Below are positions 1 through 12,256 of a DNA stretch of 30,573 nucleotides, in pieces. The notes beneath the pieces were generated by a model. It was not told the origin of the DNA and made no database searches. It was given only the letters and a program-made list of their open reading frames with translations. The position numbers and the translations under genes are program-made. Origin of the DNA: Parvularia atlantis (taxonomy: Eukaryota); assembly GCA_943704415.1 (NCBI GenBank), contig CALSCO010000787.1:62001-92573 (forward strand), given 5' to 3'. The number at the start of each line of letters is the position of its first letter. Position 1 is the first letter of the stretch.

Positions 1-376
1 GTCTTCTACGTGCTCGTCGTGGGCCGCTGGTGCCCGGACTGCCACCGCGGTGCGCCTCTGCTGCTGACCAAGCCAATCGCGGCTGATGCGGGCGGACGCG
101 GCAGCCGACCCGAACGTGCACGCGGCGGCCGCCAAGCACCTCGGCGCCGACACGGCGCTGCTCGAGGTGGACGTGGGCGCGCGCGAGCACTACAAGGACG
201 CGGCGTTCCCGCTGCGGCACCACGCGCAGTTCCGGCTGCAGCGCATCCCGACGCTGTACCGCTGGACGCGCAGCGGGCCGACGCATCGGCTGGTCGAGGG
301 CGAGCTGTTTGACGCGGCCAACGTCGCGCGCTTCCTCAGCGGCGACGCGTTCGGCACGCCCGCGGCGCAGCTCTGA
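1..376 (+). CDS. TXNDC17: Thioredoxin-like protein, TXNDC17/TRP14 (DUF953) family; 5' end outside window
   Basis: WCPDC redox motif at 28-42; GT-AG intron 50-104 joins it to ADPNVHAAAAKHL...VDVGAREHYKD...IPTLYRW...RLVEGELFD, matching the TRP14 pattern; stop at 374-376. Confidence 0.85.
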
Positions 377-437
377 TCCGCCGCCGTGACTCGAGAGAGG
401 ACAGCAGAGAGCGGCGACTTTGCCTGATGACCCTCGC

Positions 438-2714
438 ATGGCACACCCGGCGTGGACGCGGTTGGGTGACGCGATCGTCGTGTCACGTGCCGTGCTCGGC
501 GTCGTCGCGCGCGCCGTCCGCGGGCCGCCGGGCCGTGCGCCGCTTGGTGCTGGCGACACGGCTGCTGGTGCTGGACGGGAGGTGGCGATCGGACGAGAGG
601 CGTTGATCAGCGATGCGGCGGCGATCAGCGATGCGGCGGCGATCGCGGCGGTACCAGCTCCTGCACCTCCTGCACCATCTGCACCTCCTACAGCAGCTCC
701 AGCACCTGCGCCCGCATCGCCTGCACCTTCTCCTGCACCAGGATCTGCACCATCAGCCACAACGTCTCCATCTGCACCTGCACCACCCCGCCACTCTCCG
801 GCATTAGCACCTTCTCCTGCATCAGCTGCACCATCACCTCCATCTGCACCACCAACGCAACCAGCACCACAACCACCATCTGCACCTCAGTCAGCGTACC
901 ACAGCGAGATCGAGCAGCTGCGCAGCGTCGGCCGCGAGACGCCCGTGCCGACGACGCGCATCGGCCGCCTGTGGCGCTACGGCGGGCTCGCGGTCGGCAT
1001 GACGGTCGGCGCGGCGGCCGAGGCCGTGCGGCGTGCGGCGGGTGGCGGGGGCGGCACGAACGGTGCGTCCTCATCAGCACAATGCACGCACTGATCGAGG
1101 CGCCGCAGAGCCGATCATGCTCAACGCGGCCAACGCCGAGCGCCTCGTCAGCACGCTCAGCCGCATGCGCGGCGCCGCGCTCAAGCTCGGCCAGATGCTG
1201 AGCATCCAGGGTGCGTGCGCCTCATGCAGCACGTTTGCCGTCGTCTGACGTGCACAGACAACGACGCCATCCCCGCCGAGATCCGCACCGTGCTGCAGCG
1301 CGTGCGCCAGACGGCTGACTACATGCCGCGGGCGCAGCGCGAGGTGTGCGCGGCATCGAACGAGCACGGTGCTGGTGCTCACCCGGCGCGCAGTACGTCC
1401 TCCGCAGCGACCTCGGCGACGACTGGCGCGCGTGCTTCGCGCACTTTGACGACGTGCCCGTCGCCGCGGCGTCGATCGGGCAGGTGCACAAGGTCAAGAC
1501 GCACGACGGGCGCTGGGCCGCGCTCAAGCTGCAGTTCCCGGGCGTGGCGACGTCGATCCAGTCGGACCTCGACAACCTCAAAACGCTCCTCCTGTTCTCA
1601 CGCGCCCTGCCCAAGGGCCTCTTCCTCGACCGCACAATCGAGGCCGCCAAGCGCGAACTCGCGTGGGAGACCGACTACGAACGCGAGGGTGTGCCGGCCA
1701 CCCTCGCACTGCACGCGCATGGCCTGATCGAGCGCGCTCAGCGGCGTTCACGGAGCGGTTCCGCGCGCTGCTCGCCGACCAGAGCGACATCTTTGGCGTG
1801 CCCGAGGTCTTCCGCTCGCTGTCGACGGTGCGGGCGCGTCGCTGGACAGCCTCGCCGCTCACACAACCGCGCAGAAACGCGTCATCACGACCGAGTGGAT
1901 GGCGGGCGTCCCGGCCGAGCGCGTCGCCGAGATGAGCCAGGAGACGCGCAATCACGTGCGCTGCGTCGCATTTGAGCAAGGCGCTGACCCCGCACGCAGG
2001 TCGCACTGCAAATCCTGCGCCTGTGCCTGCGCGAGACGTTCGAGTTCCGCGCGATGCAGACCGACCCGAACTGGTCCAACTTTCTGTATGATCCGCGCAC
2101 GCGCAAGGTGCGGCTCGCTGTGACATGCGACGTGACCGCTCACTCTCCTGCACACGCGCTCACAGCTTAACCTGATCGACTTTGGCGCGAGCCGAGAGTT
2201 TGACAAGCCGTTCACGGACCGCTACCTGCACGTGATTCACGCCGCAACGTGCCGCGACGGCGACGGCGTGCGCCACTGGTCGCGCGAGCTCGGGTACCTC
2301 ACGGGCGACGAGCCCGAGGTGATGGTGCAGGCGCACGTGCAGGTGCGGCCGCGCATGCGCCGCCCGCCACTATCACTGACGCTGGGCGAGTGCGCGCAGT
2401 CGGTGCTGACGCTGGCCGAGCCGTTCGCGGCCGACCGCAGCGCGCCGACCGACTTCCGCGCGCAGGACATCACCCGGCGCGTCTCGGCGACCATCCCGAC
2501 GATGCTGCGCTACCGGCTCGTGGTGCGCCTCCCGTCACGGCCTCGGCTGCATTGACACGGCGTCGCCGCACTGCAGCCGCCACCCGAGCAGACATACTCG
2601 CTGCACCGGAAGCTGTCGGGCGCGTTCTTGCTGTGCGCCAAGCTCGGCGCGGTGATCGACTGCCGGACGATGTTTGCGGAGATCTACGGCGCGTACCACT
2701 TTGACATCGTGTGA
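438..2714 (+). CDS. COQ8: ABC1/UbiB atypical kinase COQ8 (ADCK3/4), multi-exon
   Basis: Spliced exons give [36 protein letters not shown] (KxGQ), [70 protein letters not shown] at 2712-2714. Confidence 0.95.
605..895 (+). repeat. 18-nt duplication (GATCAGCGATGCGGCGGC x2) followed by a low-complexity Pro/Ala/Ser-coding tract in COQ8 exon 1
   Basis: Copies at 605-622 and 623-640; recurrent CTGCACC/GCACCA units from ~655 to 895. Confidence 0.8.
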
Positions 2715-2845
2715 GTGCGCGATGGTCATCTTGCGGAAGGGCAGCATGTACAAAGCTGAAGTGCACGGGGAGGGGAATGCATGCGAGTGACGGCCGCGTC
2801 GCGCGCGGGCGGGCAGGTAGGCAGGCGGGAGCAGCGGAGGGCAGG

Positions 2846-4444
2846 TCAACGCGGGTACCACATGGGCATCGAGAGGATCGGGTCGGCCGACGGCGCGAGC
2901 TTGCACACCTCGGCCGTCCGGTACGCCTCAAGGAAGCACGGCACATCGACAAACTTGCGGCCGAAGAGGTACGGCAGGTAGCGCTCGTTGAACTTCTCGT
3001 GGTAGAGCGGGTGCATGGCGATGCGCAGCGAGCGGTAGTCGAGGTCGCACGCGTGCCCGTAGTCGTAGCCCGAGATGGTGAGACAGCGGAACCATGGCAG
3101 GAACAGGTTGATCAGGAGCTGGAACGGCACGTAGGGTGCGCTGGCGGGACGCCCGGGCATGCTCGCGAGGGTCTGAAAGAACGACTCGTCGGGCGTGCGG
3201 AACTTGCGCGGGTCGGCGAAGAACTTGCGCCAGTACGTGAGCTCGGACGCGGGCTCGTCGAAGATGAAGTCGACAAAGTTGCGGTGCAGCGTGGCCCAGT
3301 GCCAGCCCAGGCCGACATACTCCATGTTGGGCTCGTAGTTGGGGCTCTCCTTGTGCTTGCACGTGCCCTCGACGATGCACTTGGCCAGCTTGTAGTCGAG
3401 CAGGCCCTGGAAGCGCGTCATGTGGTTCTCGTTGCACAGGTGCCGCGCGGTGCCGATGCGCCGGGGCGAGAGCAGGTTGCACTTGTGCGAGATGAACGAG
3501 TACGGCGCCTGCGCAGCCAGGTATAGCTCCATCGTGCGCAGCGGCACGAGCGGCATGGCGTCGCCGCTGAGGAAGAAGACGTAGTCGATCCGCGGCTGGC
3601 GCTGCCGCATCGCGTTGAGGCAGAGCAAGTCGATCTCGACCAGGGACCAGTTGAAGCGCTGCGCGTTGACCTGCTGCACGATCTCGATCGGGCTCGGGCG
3701 CGAGAGGTCGTCGGGCAGGCGCGCCGTAAACTCGTTGCCCTCGTGGTCGCGCAGGATCTTGCGCGCGAGCAGGCGCAGCTCGTCCACGTCGCGCTTGGCC
3801 ATCTTGGCGTCGGCATGGATCCAGACGTAGTTGCGCTGCGCACGGTACACGGCCTGCAGCGTCGTGTACAGCTTGACGTAGTCCTCGGCCGTGTGCAGCA
3901 CGAAGCAGAAGCCAAAGCGGATCGTCTCGGCCGTCACGCCCCACGCCGCGCTCGACCGCGTCCCGTTGCCGGCCGGCACGGGGCTTGGCGACGTGACGGG
4001 TTTCGTCGGGCCTGGCGATGTCACACGCCGCGTGCTTGGCGATGTCACAGAAAGCGCCGTGCTTGGCGCCGGCGCGCGCCGTGTCGGCGTTGACCGCGTC
4101 GTTGGCGCGGGGGCGGATGCCGTCGGCGGCGCGGGCGTCGTTGGCACGGTCGGCGCGGGATCCGACGGAGGCTCCGACGGGGGCTCCGACGGGGGCTCAG
4201 ACGGGGGCTCGACGTGCGGCGGCGGCGGCGGCGTCGTGTGGCGCGGCCCTGGCGCGGTCTCGTCTCGGCGCGCGGCGTCGGGAGTCCGTTGACCGTCGCC
4301 ACGTGGGTCGGTGACGGCCGCCGCGCGCTCGGCCGGCAGCACCGTGAGCACGACGAGGACGAGCAGCACGGCGACGAGCACGAGCACGGCCGCGCCGCGG
4401 CGCCGCGTCGTCAGGCCGCGCACGAGCGGCGCCGTGCCGAACAT
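2846..4444 (-). CDS. Glycosyltransferase family 14 (core-2/I-branching/xylosyltransferase-like), type II membrane protein, intronless
   Basis: N-terminal TM (VLVLVAVLLVLVVLTVL), Pro/Thr/Ser stem with EPPS repeats, then FCFVLH..LQAVYRAQRNYVWIHADAK, WSLVEIDLLCL, DYVFFLSGDAMPL, GWHWATLHRNFVDFI, PDESFFQTL; ATG at 4444. Confidence 0.85.
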   Translation of the reverse strand: MFGTAPLVRGLTTRRRGAAVLVLVAVLLVLVVLTVLPAERAAAVTDPRGDGQRTPDAARRDETAPGPRHTTPPPPPHVEPPSEPPSEPPSEPPSDPAPTVPTTPAPPTASAPAPTTRSTPTRRAPAPSTALSVTSPSTRRVTSPGPTKPVTSPSPVPAGNGTRSSAAWGVTAETIRFGFCFVLHTAEDYVKLYTTLQAVYRAQRNYVWIHADAKMAKRDVDELRLLARKILRDHEGNEFTARLPDDLSRPSPIEIVQQVNAQRFNWSLVEIDLLCLNAMRQRQPRIDYVFFLSGDAMPLVPLRTMELYLAAQAPYSFISHKCNLLSPRRIGTARHLCNENHMTRFQGLLDYKLAKCIVEGTCKHKESPNYEPNMEYVGLGWHWATLHRNFVDFIFDEPASELTYWRKFFADPRKFRTPDESFFQTLASMPGRPASAPYVPFQLLINLFLPWFRCLTISGYDYGHACDLDYRSLRIAMHPLYHEKFNERYLPYLFGRKFVDVPCFLEAYRTAEVCKLAPSADPILSMPMWYPR

Positions 4445-4537
4445 CGCCGGAACTAGGCACCGAACAATCACGCGGTCCCAGCCACGCGATGGAAATGCCC
4501 GCGAACAAGAAGCGTGACAGCAACCCTGTCTCTGGTC

Positions 4538-6009
4538 TCAGATGTGCGCGCCTCGGGCGAGGCCGTCCAGCGTCAGGTCCGGGTGGTGCGCCGCGAGCAC
4601 GTCCGGGTGGCTGCGTGCGAGGCCTTTGAACGCGTTGGCGCCGTAGATCGGCAGGATCTGCGCGCCCCGCGTGAGAGCCGAATGCGTGCGCACGACCGAC
4701 GCGACGCACCGCGTTGACCGGGTTGTTTTCGTTCTTGCCCGCGTGCGCCGACGCCTGCGCCTCGGCCAGCAGCTCGCCCGCGAGCGGCAGCGTCTCGAGG
4801 TGCGTCTCCAGCCGCGGGTTGAAGAAGTACTGCTGCGTGCGTAAGGCACAAGCGACCGATGGATGAACGCGCGCACGCGCACCGGCACGCTGAAGCGGTC
4901 ACGCTCGGCCGAGCGGTTGATCACGCGGTGCACGGTCGCGACGTAGTAGCCCCGCGTCGCCAGCTCAAACATCTCGCCCAGGTTGACCTGCGCCGCCCTG
5001 GTGAGCATGCGCCCCACCGCCTCATCGCGTGCGCACCACAAAGGTGCCCGGGATGGGCACGGCGTCGATCCACTCGCCCGCGCCGTTGAGCACTGGCGCG
5101 CGTGCACAGACACCACGATCAGCTGCGATGTGCACGACAGCGTGCACGCACCCTGCAGCCCGCCAACGTTGTCCTGCAGCAGGAACGACAGGAAGCCGTA
5201 GTCCTTGTGCGGCCCCACGCCGAGCTGGCCCGACGCGACGGCCTCGGCGCTCGGCGGCGGGTACCGCGTGATCTTCATGCGCACGTGCGGCATCTCGGCA
5301 AACGTGCTGGGCGCGCCCGCCGTCAGCGAAGCAGGTGGGAGCGGCGCGGCACGCCACCGGTCAAAGTACGTCGCCGGCAGCCCGAGCGAGAGCGCCATCG
5401 CCTGCATCACGCGGATGGACAGCGTGTGGCACGCCACCATGAACGCCTCGATCGCCGCGCGGAACCCGGGGCACGCGTCCTCGACCGGCCACAGGTTGGG
5501 CCCGTGCAGGCGCAGGTACGGCGCGTCGCCCGGCTGCAGCTTGAGCGCGGGCGTCTCGAGGCCAAAGTCGACCTGTGCCGCCCCACGATCAGGCTCGCGG
5601 CGCACACGCGGCACACAGCGGCACGCCGCACCGCCTCGCGCAGGTCCTTGCGCCCGGCCGTTGTCTCGGTCTCGAGCGCGGTGTAGCCGCGGAAGTGCGG
5701 CGAGCGGACGTTGGACACGACCTGCTTGTGCTCGAGCGGCAGCGCGAAGAAGCGCCGCGCCGCGTCCACCGTCGCGTCGAGCAGCTCGAGCGGGATGCCT
5801 GTTGTGCACTCGTCAGGCGGCGATCCGACGGCGGCTCCTGTGCGCGAACCGTGGTTCTTGACGTAGAAGAAGCCCTCGTTGTGGCACGCGCTGCGCAGCG
5901 CCGCCACGAACGCGCGCAGGTCCGCCGGGTGCTCGTCCGGCGCGCCCGCATCGGCCCAGCGCAACAGCGGCGCCGCATCGAGCACCGGCAGCGACGAGAA
6001 CTGCGCCAT
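4538..6009 (-). CDS. 2-oxoglutarate/Fe(II)-dependent oxygenase, isopenicillin N synthase-like, multi-exon
   Basis: LPVLD, ACHNEGFFYVKNHG, FFALPLEHK, SPHFRGY, LHGPNLWP, GVGPHKDYGFLSFLLQDNVGGLQ (HxD), VNLGEMFELATRGYYVATVHRV, RFSVP. Confidence 0.92.
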
Positions 6010-6391
6010 CGACCGCCGCGTTGAATTCCAGTGTGTTCGCCACGTGGGACGCGTGCTGCAGATGCACATCGCGCTGCTCCTCGACGGGCAGCACGACAAC
6101 GAGGAGCAGGTGCGGGAGGCGCACGCGTGCACCGCTCACACGGGCCACCCTCGACGCCGTGCTCCTCACTCGGGTGCAAGAACGGTCCTGACGCTGCTTG
6201 ACACCGTGTGCCGCAGTGAGTGACCTATCTTTCGCTTGCTTGTTGAGGGATGAGTACGCGCCTGACACACGCACACAGCGCGCGTGGCACACGCCCGCGG
6301 CCGCGTCGGACAGACCAACGCGCGCGGGCAGGCTGCAGGGCTAACTCAAGTCTGAAGCACAGTGTGACGTACATTCATCACATCTGGGTCG

Positions 6392-9300
6392 ATGGCGTCG
6401 CGTGGCGGGTCGCCCGCGCGGCGCCGCACGTCGGACGCGGCCACGGCGTCGCCCACGTCGGGCGGCTCGGCATCGGGGACGGCGGCGTCGGGATCGGGGC
6501 AGTTCAAGAGCGTCAAGTCGCCGCTGGGCGCGTCGGCGGCGTCGCGGCGCACGTCGAGCGCGTCGGGCGCGGCGGCGGTGCGGCGCGCGTTGTCTCTGAC
6601 GGTGCGTCGCGGCGGCGTCGCGGGCGCGTTTCACCGGCGTCGCGATGCTGCGTTAGGCCGAGCGTTCGCGCAAGGCAGCGGCGGAGATGAGCAGGCACCA
6701 CCGGCGCCTGACCGTCGCACTGTCGACGGCGCCGGCGGGCCTGCCGCAGGGCCTGGGCGTGGCCGCGGCTCACCAGTGCGGCGCTGCTGCTGCTATACGT
6801 GCGATCGGGGAGGCTGACGGGCGCGTGCGCGACGCAGGACGCTCGTGGACGACGTGGACGAGATGCTGCGCAGCCACCGCGAGGGCGCGCCGTCGGTGCC
6901 GTGTGCGTTCTTCGTCCGCGATCGCTCGCATGCGCCCTGATCGTGCGTACACAGTGCTGCTGCTGCGGTACATCCGGCGGCCGCACGCGCTCGTGACGCT
7001 GTTCCTGGCCGCGATCATGACCATCTACTTTGCCCTGGCGCTGCACGAGCACCTGGGCAACGGCAACGTGTACCAGTTCCGCGCGACGGGCGCGTTTGTC
7101 GAGGGTGCGCTCCTGCCGCGTGTGCCGTGCCGCACATGTGCTGACGGGCGGCCGCGGCAGTGTTTCTCGTGCTGCTGGCGTACGCGTACAACGCGCGGCT
7201 GTACGTGACCGAGCAGCGGCTGCAGTACCTCGAGATGAACGACTGCGCGACTGAGGCGTGGAAACTGCTGCAGCAGTGCGACGTCTCACGCTCGTCCGAG
7301 GCCAACGTGCCGTCGCTGCTGTCGCTGTCGGTGGTCGAGGCCGTGCGCGACGGGCGCGTGATCAAGGTGCGGCCGACGCGAGCTGCTGCTGCACAGCGAC
7401 GTGACGCGCATGACGCGCAGATGCCCGTCTCGCTGCTGGTCGAGGGCGACGTGATCCGCCTGCCGTACGGCGCGGCCGCACCCGCGCGCATCGAGCTGTG
7501 CCAGCAGCAGGGTGCGCGCGCGGTGTGTATGCGTCGGTAAGCGCGACTGAGCGGGCGAGGCGCAGGGTCGATCGAGGTCGAGCCGGGGATACACTTTGGG
7601 CCGGGCGAGTGCCTGCACCCGTCGCTGCTGCCGGTGCGCGTGTGGTCGGTCAACGAGCCGCCGCTGTGGTACTGCCGCATGACCGAGACGCCGCTGGTGC
7701 ACCAAGTGCGCGCGCTGCTGACGGTGCATGCCCGCCGCTGTCTCCCGCCGCCGTGCACTGCTGACGCGCACTCGGGCAGAACAAGCGGCCGGTGTCGGTG
7801 ATGGAGAACCAGCGGCGGCGCGTTGAGCGAATCGTGTCGGGCTACCTGCTGTGGATCGCGTACGGCGTGTCGTTCGTCGTGTGCATCATCCGCATGGCCG
7901 TTGTGCCGCAGTGCGTCACTCGCACGCTCGCCGCAATGTGCACTGACGGCGCGCCAGGGGCACGACGTACTGGTTCGACCTCGTGCTGCTGCTGCCGTCG
8001 CAGCTCATGTTCACGCTCATCCCGCTCGTCTTCCCGACCATTTGGCTCGCGCTCTCTTGCTACTCAAACGCCTGGGTGCGTTTGCTTGCGTGCGCGTCCA
8101 TGGCGCACGGCGCTGACGCTCTCCCAGCTCTACTGCCTATTTGACGCGCTGCAGTCGTCCAAGACGTCGTACACGGACGACAACGACGACGAGTTTGACT
8201 TTGACGCCGAGCCGCCGGTCAAGGAGGTCTTTGTACCGCGCGGTCCGTTGCGCGCACCACTACCTTGCGGGGGAGGCTGACGCACTCTCGCAGTCGAGAT
8301 CTTCCGGCGCTTTGTGGAGATGATGCGCGGGTCGGACCCGCGCACGCTTTCGCGCTCAGCCAACCTGCTGCACTCACTCGGCAACACGACCGTGATCTGC
8401 GCCGTCGACAAAGAGGGCACGCTCGCCAAGCCGTTCCCGCTGCCCGAGACGATCTTCATGCTGCGCGACGAGCCCGTGGCCCTCGAGGTTGGCGCCGACT
8501 ACCGCCCGCCGCACAACCTCGCGTTCCTCGAGAACGGCTGGGAGGAGCTGCTGACGTGCGCGCAGCTCTGGATGCGGCGCGTGCGCAGGGCTGACACGAC
8601 GTCGCAGCTCCCTCAAGCCGATCGGGCTACACTCGATGCTGCACACGGACGCGACGCAGATCGACGCGACGGCGGCAATGAGCGGGCCGTACCACCTCAA
8701 GATGCCGCCGCTGTCGGCGTTTGGCCCGATGGCGCTGCCCTTCCAGAGTGCGCACACGGTGCATGCGCGTCTACTGTGCGCGCTCACGCCTGTGGCGCAG
8801 TGTACCTTGGCGGTCTCGGCCGCGCGATCGGCTTTGCGGACGCGGCCGTGGCGTCGTTCAGCCGCGTGCGCCACCTGATCGCGTTCAGCGCCGAGCACCC
8901 AAGCGTCCTTCGCCCGCCCGCGTTCGGGCCGGCCGAGGAGGTCGGCACGGGCAGCGCGCCAGGCCCGTCCGAGCGACCGTCCGCGGACGGCGAGTTGACC
9001 GACGCCGTCGAGCAGGAGCAGCCGGCCGACCCCGACGAGACGAAGCCGGCGACGCCCGGGCTGCCGCAGTCGCCGGCTGACTACCGCCTGTTTGGCTGCG
9101 GCTTCCTGCTCCCGTTCATGTCGTCCGTGATCCTCGAGGAGACTAACTCGAGTGCGCGCTGCCTTTTGTCGCGCGCTTTACTGACCCAGCGCAGAGTCGT
9201 ACCAGCTGATGACCGAGGGCCACCCGGAGCTGGTGCTGGACTACTGCACAAGCTTCTGGGACGGCGCGGGCGTGCGCAAGCTGACGGACGAGCAGCGGCG

Positions 9301-12103
9301 GCGCGTGCTGTCGACCTACAACAACTTTCGCGCACGCGACCTGCAGTGCGTCGCCCTCGCCTACAGCCCGCTGGACCTGCGCGGCGACTCGCCGTTGCTG
9401 CAGGACACGGCCGGCAGCGGCGGGCGAGGGCGCGCGCAGGCGCCGACGTGGATCGCGCTGCCGCCGCACCGGCACGACGACACGCCCGCGACGCTCGCGT
9501 CCTTTGTCAAGGCACGTGCGCTCTGTGCGCTGCATGGGCTGACGGCACAGACGCGCAGGACCCGCGCTACGCCGCGTACGCGTCGCTCGTGGTCGACTCG
9601 GGCCACCTGCTGCACGGGCAGGTCTTCATCGGCATGGTCGTGCTGCAGAACGAGACCAAGGAGGTGTGAGCGCTGACCAGCTGCGCCAGAGCGCTTAGTG
9701 CCGCGCAGGACATGCCCGAGTTTGTCGAGGACCTGTCAGTGGCCGGGATCCACTTTGCGTGGTTCTACCGCAAGCACGAGCGCGCGGCCAAGGGTGCGTG
9801 CTGTGCGGCGTGTCGATGACTTACGCGGGTGGCGCGCGCGCGGGCAGGCTTCTCGCAGCGCCTGGGCATCGCGACCGACTGGAACTGCTGCATCTCGCTG
9901 CTGCCGCAGGAGGAGGCGCTGGACGTGGTCGACGAGCGCGACAAGGCGCAGATGCCGTGGGGCGTGCACAACATCCGCCCGCACCTGGACGAGGTCGACG
10001 ACATCCCGCTGCACGTGCCGATTTTTGCCAACGCGCCGCCCAACGCGATCGAGGAGATGATCCGGATCTACCAGGGTGCGGTGTGGGCGCGGCGCTCTAT
10101 GTACGGCCTGACGCACCGGGCAGAGAACGGCGAGGTCGTGTGCTGCATCGGCACGTCGGCCGACGGCGGCAACTCGCGCGTGTTTGCGGCGGTGCGTGGT
10201 TGGGTCGTGTCGCCGCGAGTGCTGACGGTGTGCAGGCCGACATCGCCATGTCGTTCGAGATGCTGCACCCGCGGCTGTTTGTGCGTGGCGCCGGGGCCAC
10301 TGCGCCCGCACCAGCGCCCGTGCTCGCGCCCGTGCCGACCGCGTCGCCGCCGCCCGGGTCCGAGGACGTGCTCGCGGTGCAGCACGCGCGGTCCGTGACA
10401 CCCACGCCGCCGCCCGCGACGCCCTCGCCGCACCTGCTGCCGCTCTCGCGCAAGCACTACACGACCAACCCGTCGCGGCTGCTGCAGGGTGCGGGCGTGT
10501 GCTCGCGAGGTGGTCGGTGCTCAAGCGCGCAAGTGGCAGGCGTGAGCGACTCGCCGTACAAGGCGCCCGTGCCCGAGGATCTGCGGCACCACATGCAGCG
10601 CCGGCTGAGCCAGAACGCGGCGTCGCAACTGGCGTCCAAGTGCGTGTGCGGCGCAACCGCACGCTGCCACTCACGCGTGCCGCACGCAGTGACTCGATGG
10701 CCATGCGCACGCTGCACGCGCCGACACCGATCCCGGCCGACGTCCGGCCGCTCGCCCTGTCGCGCCAGCCGACCGAGCGCGAGCAGCCGTCGCGGCCGCG
10801 TGCGTCACCGCGCTCGTCGCCTGCCCACCGACCGTCTCACTCGCACGCCCGCGCAGAGGGGCCTACGATGGCTTACGTCGCGGCGCGGTTCAACGCGCTC
10901 GGCTGCGCGTTCAACATCTCGCGCGACACGTCGCCGTACGCGATCATGGAGGTCATCCGCGAGGCGCGGCGGCTGCACAAGAACGTGCAGCAGGTGCGTG
11001 CGCGACTCCTGACTGGCGGCATCGCTCGCTGACAGCACGCGCAGGCCATGACGTTCATGCTGGCCGCGCACCTGTCGCTCGCGCTGCTCGTGCTGCTCAA
11101 CCAGGTGCTGCTGCTGCCGCCCGTGCTGAGCGGGTACCAGATCTTGTGGGCGCTGTGGGTGCAGGTGCCCGTGCTCGCCGTCAGCTTCCTGTCGACGCCG
11201 TACGAGCCCGACCTGATGAAGCAGATGCCGCGTGCGTGCGCGCCCGGCCGCCCCGCGTTGCGGCCGACCTGCGCACGCCGCGCACAGTCAAGAACCACCA
11301 CCACCTGAGCGACTTTGGCCTGTTTTTCTGGTACCTCGGTGTGCGCGCGCTGCCGGTCGTCGTCGTGTGCCTCGTCGTCTACGTCGGGTGCGCCCTCCTG
11401 CCGGCACGGCTGGACTTGCTCGCTCACACGCGTGCACACAGGACGATCCAGGCGCTCGTGTGCGAGCCCGGCGCGCCCAACGCGTGCCCGCCGCCGCTGC
11501 GCCAGCTGCTCGTGGACCTGACAGGCTCGTCGTGGACGACGTGGAGCATCCAGACGCAGTGGGCCGTCGCGTACGCGCAAAACGCGACGCTCTTCATCTT
11601 TGTCTTCTACACCGGTGCGTGCCGCGACGGCGTGGCTGCAGCTGGTCGCTCACGCGTGTTCGCAGTCGTGCTGTCGGCCACGCTCATCCACCGCAACCTG
11701 CCCGTGCGCGCCTTCTCGCCGCTGCGCAACGACAGCTGGATCGCCTGCTGCCTCGTTGTGTGCGTCTGTGTGTGTGTGGGTGTGCTACTGCTGCTGCTCA
11801 TTGTTCGCGGACAGGCTCGTGCTGCAGCTCATCTTTTCGGCCATCTCGTTCTTCACGCGGCCGCTCGACCAGGCGCCCGGTGTCTCGCTCGATCGCGTGC
11901 CCGTCTGGGTCTACGTCGTCGGCTTCCTCTCGGTCCTGCCGATCTTTGCGCTGCAGGTGCGTGCGGCCGTGCGCCTCGCACTGGCTCACATGGGGCGCGA
12001 GCAGGAGGTGATGAAGCGGCCCGACCGCGTGCGCTACATGAAGTCGCAAAAGCGCTCCAAGCTCATGTTCAACACCAAGCTCGGCATGCACAGCCCCGTC
12101 TGA
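6392..12103 (+). CDS. TMEM94: TMEM94 (KIAA0195/ERMA) P-type-ATPase-like membrane protein, many exons
   Basis: Spliced motifs TVICAVDKEGTL, LTSLKPIGL, FSQRLGIATDWNCCISL, KAQMPWGVHNIRPHLDEVDDIPLHVPIF, ENGEVVCCIG and C-terminal KRSKLMFNTKLGMHSPV parallel the TMEM94 family; the first exon is less certain. Confidence 0.9.
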
Positions 12104-12256
12104 TGTACAGCTGTCGTGTGCTGCTGGCCCTGCTGTCTCCACTGCAGCGACTGCGACGGGGCGAAAGACCCGGATACCCTCGGTCAGTGCCGTGTTCGAA
12201 CACACGCTCATTGCCAATTTAAACCTATCGCTGCGTACCCAGCCGGCTGTGAGAGG

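Noticed and set aside
9512..9558. Possible GC-AG intron in TMEM94
   Set aside because: An alternative GT-AG pair a few bases inside also keeps the frame, so it cannot be decided without transcripts
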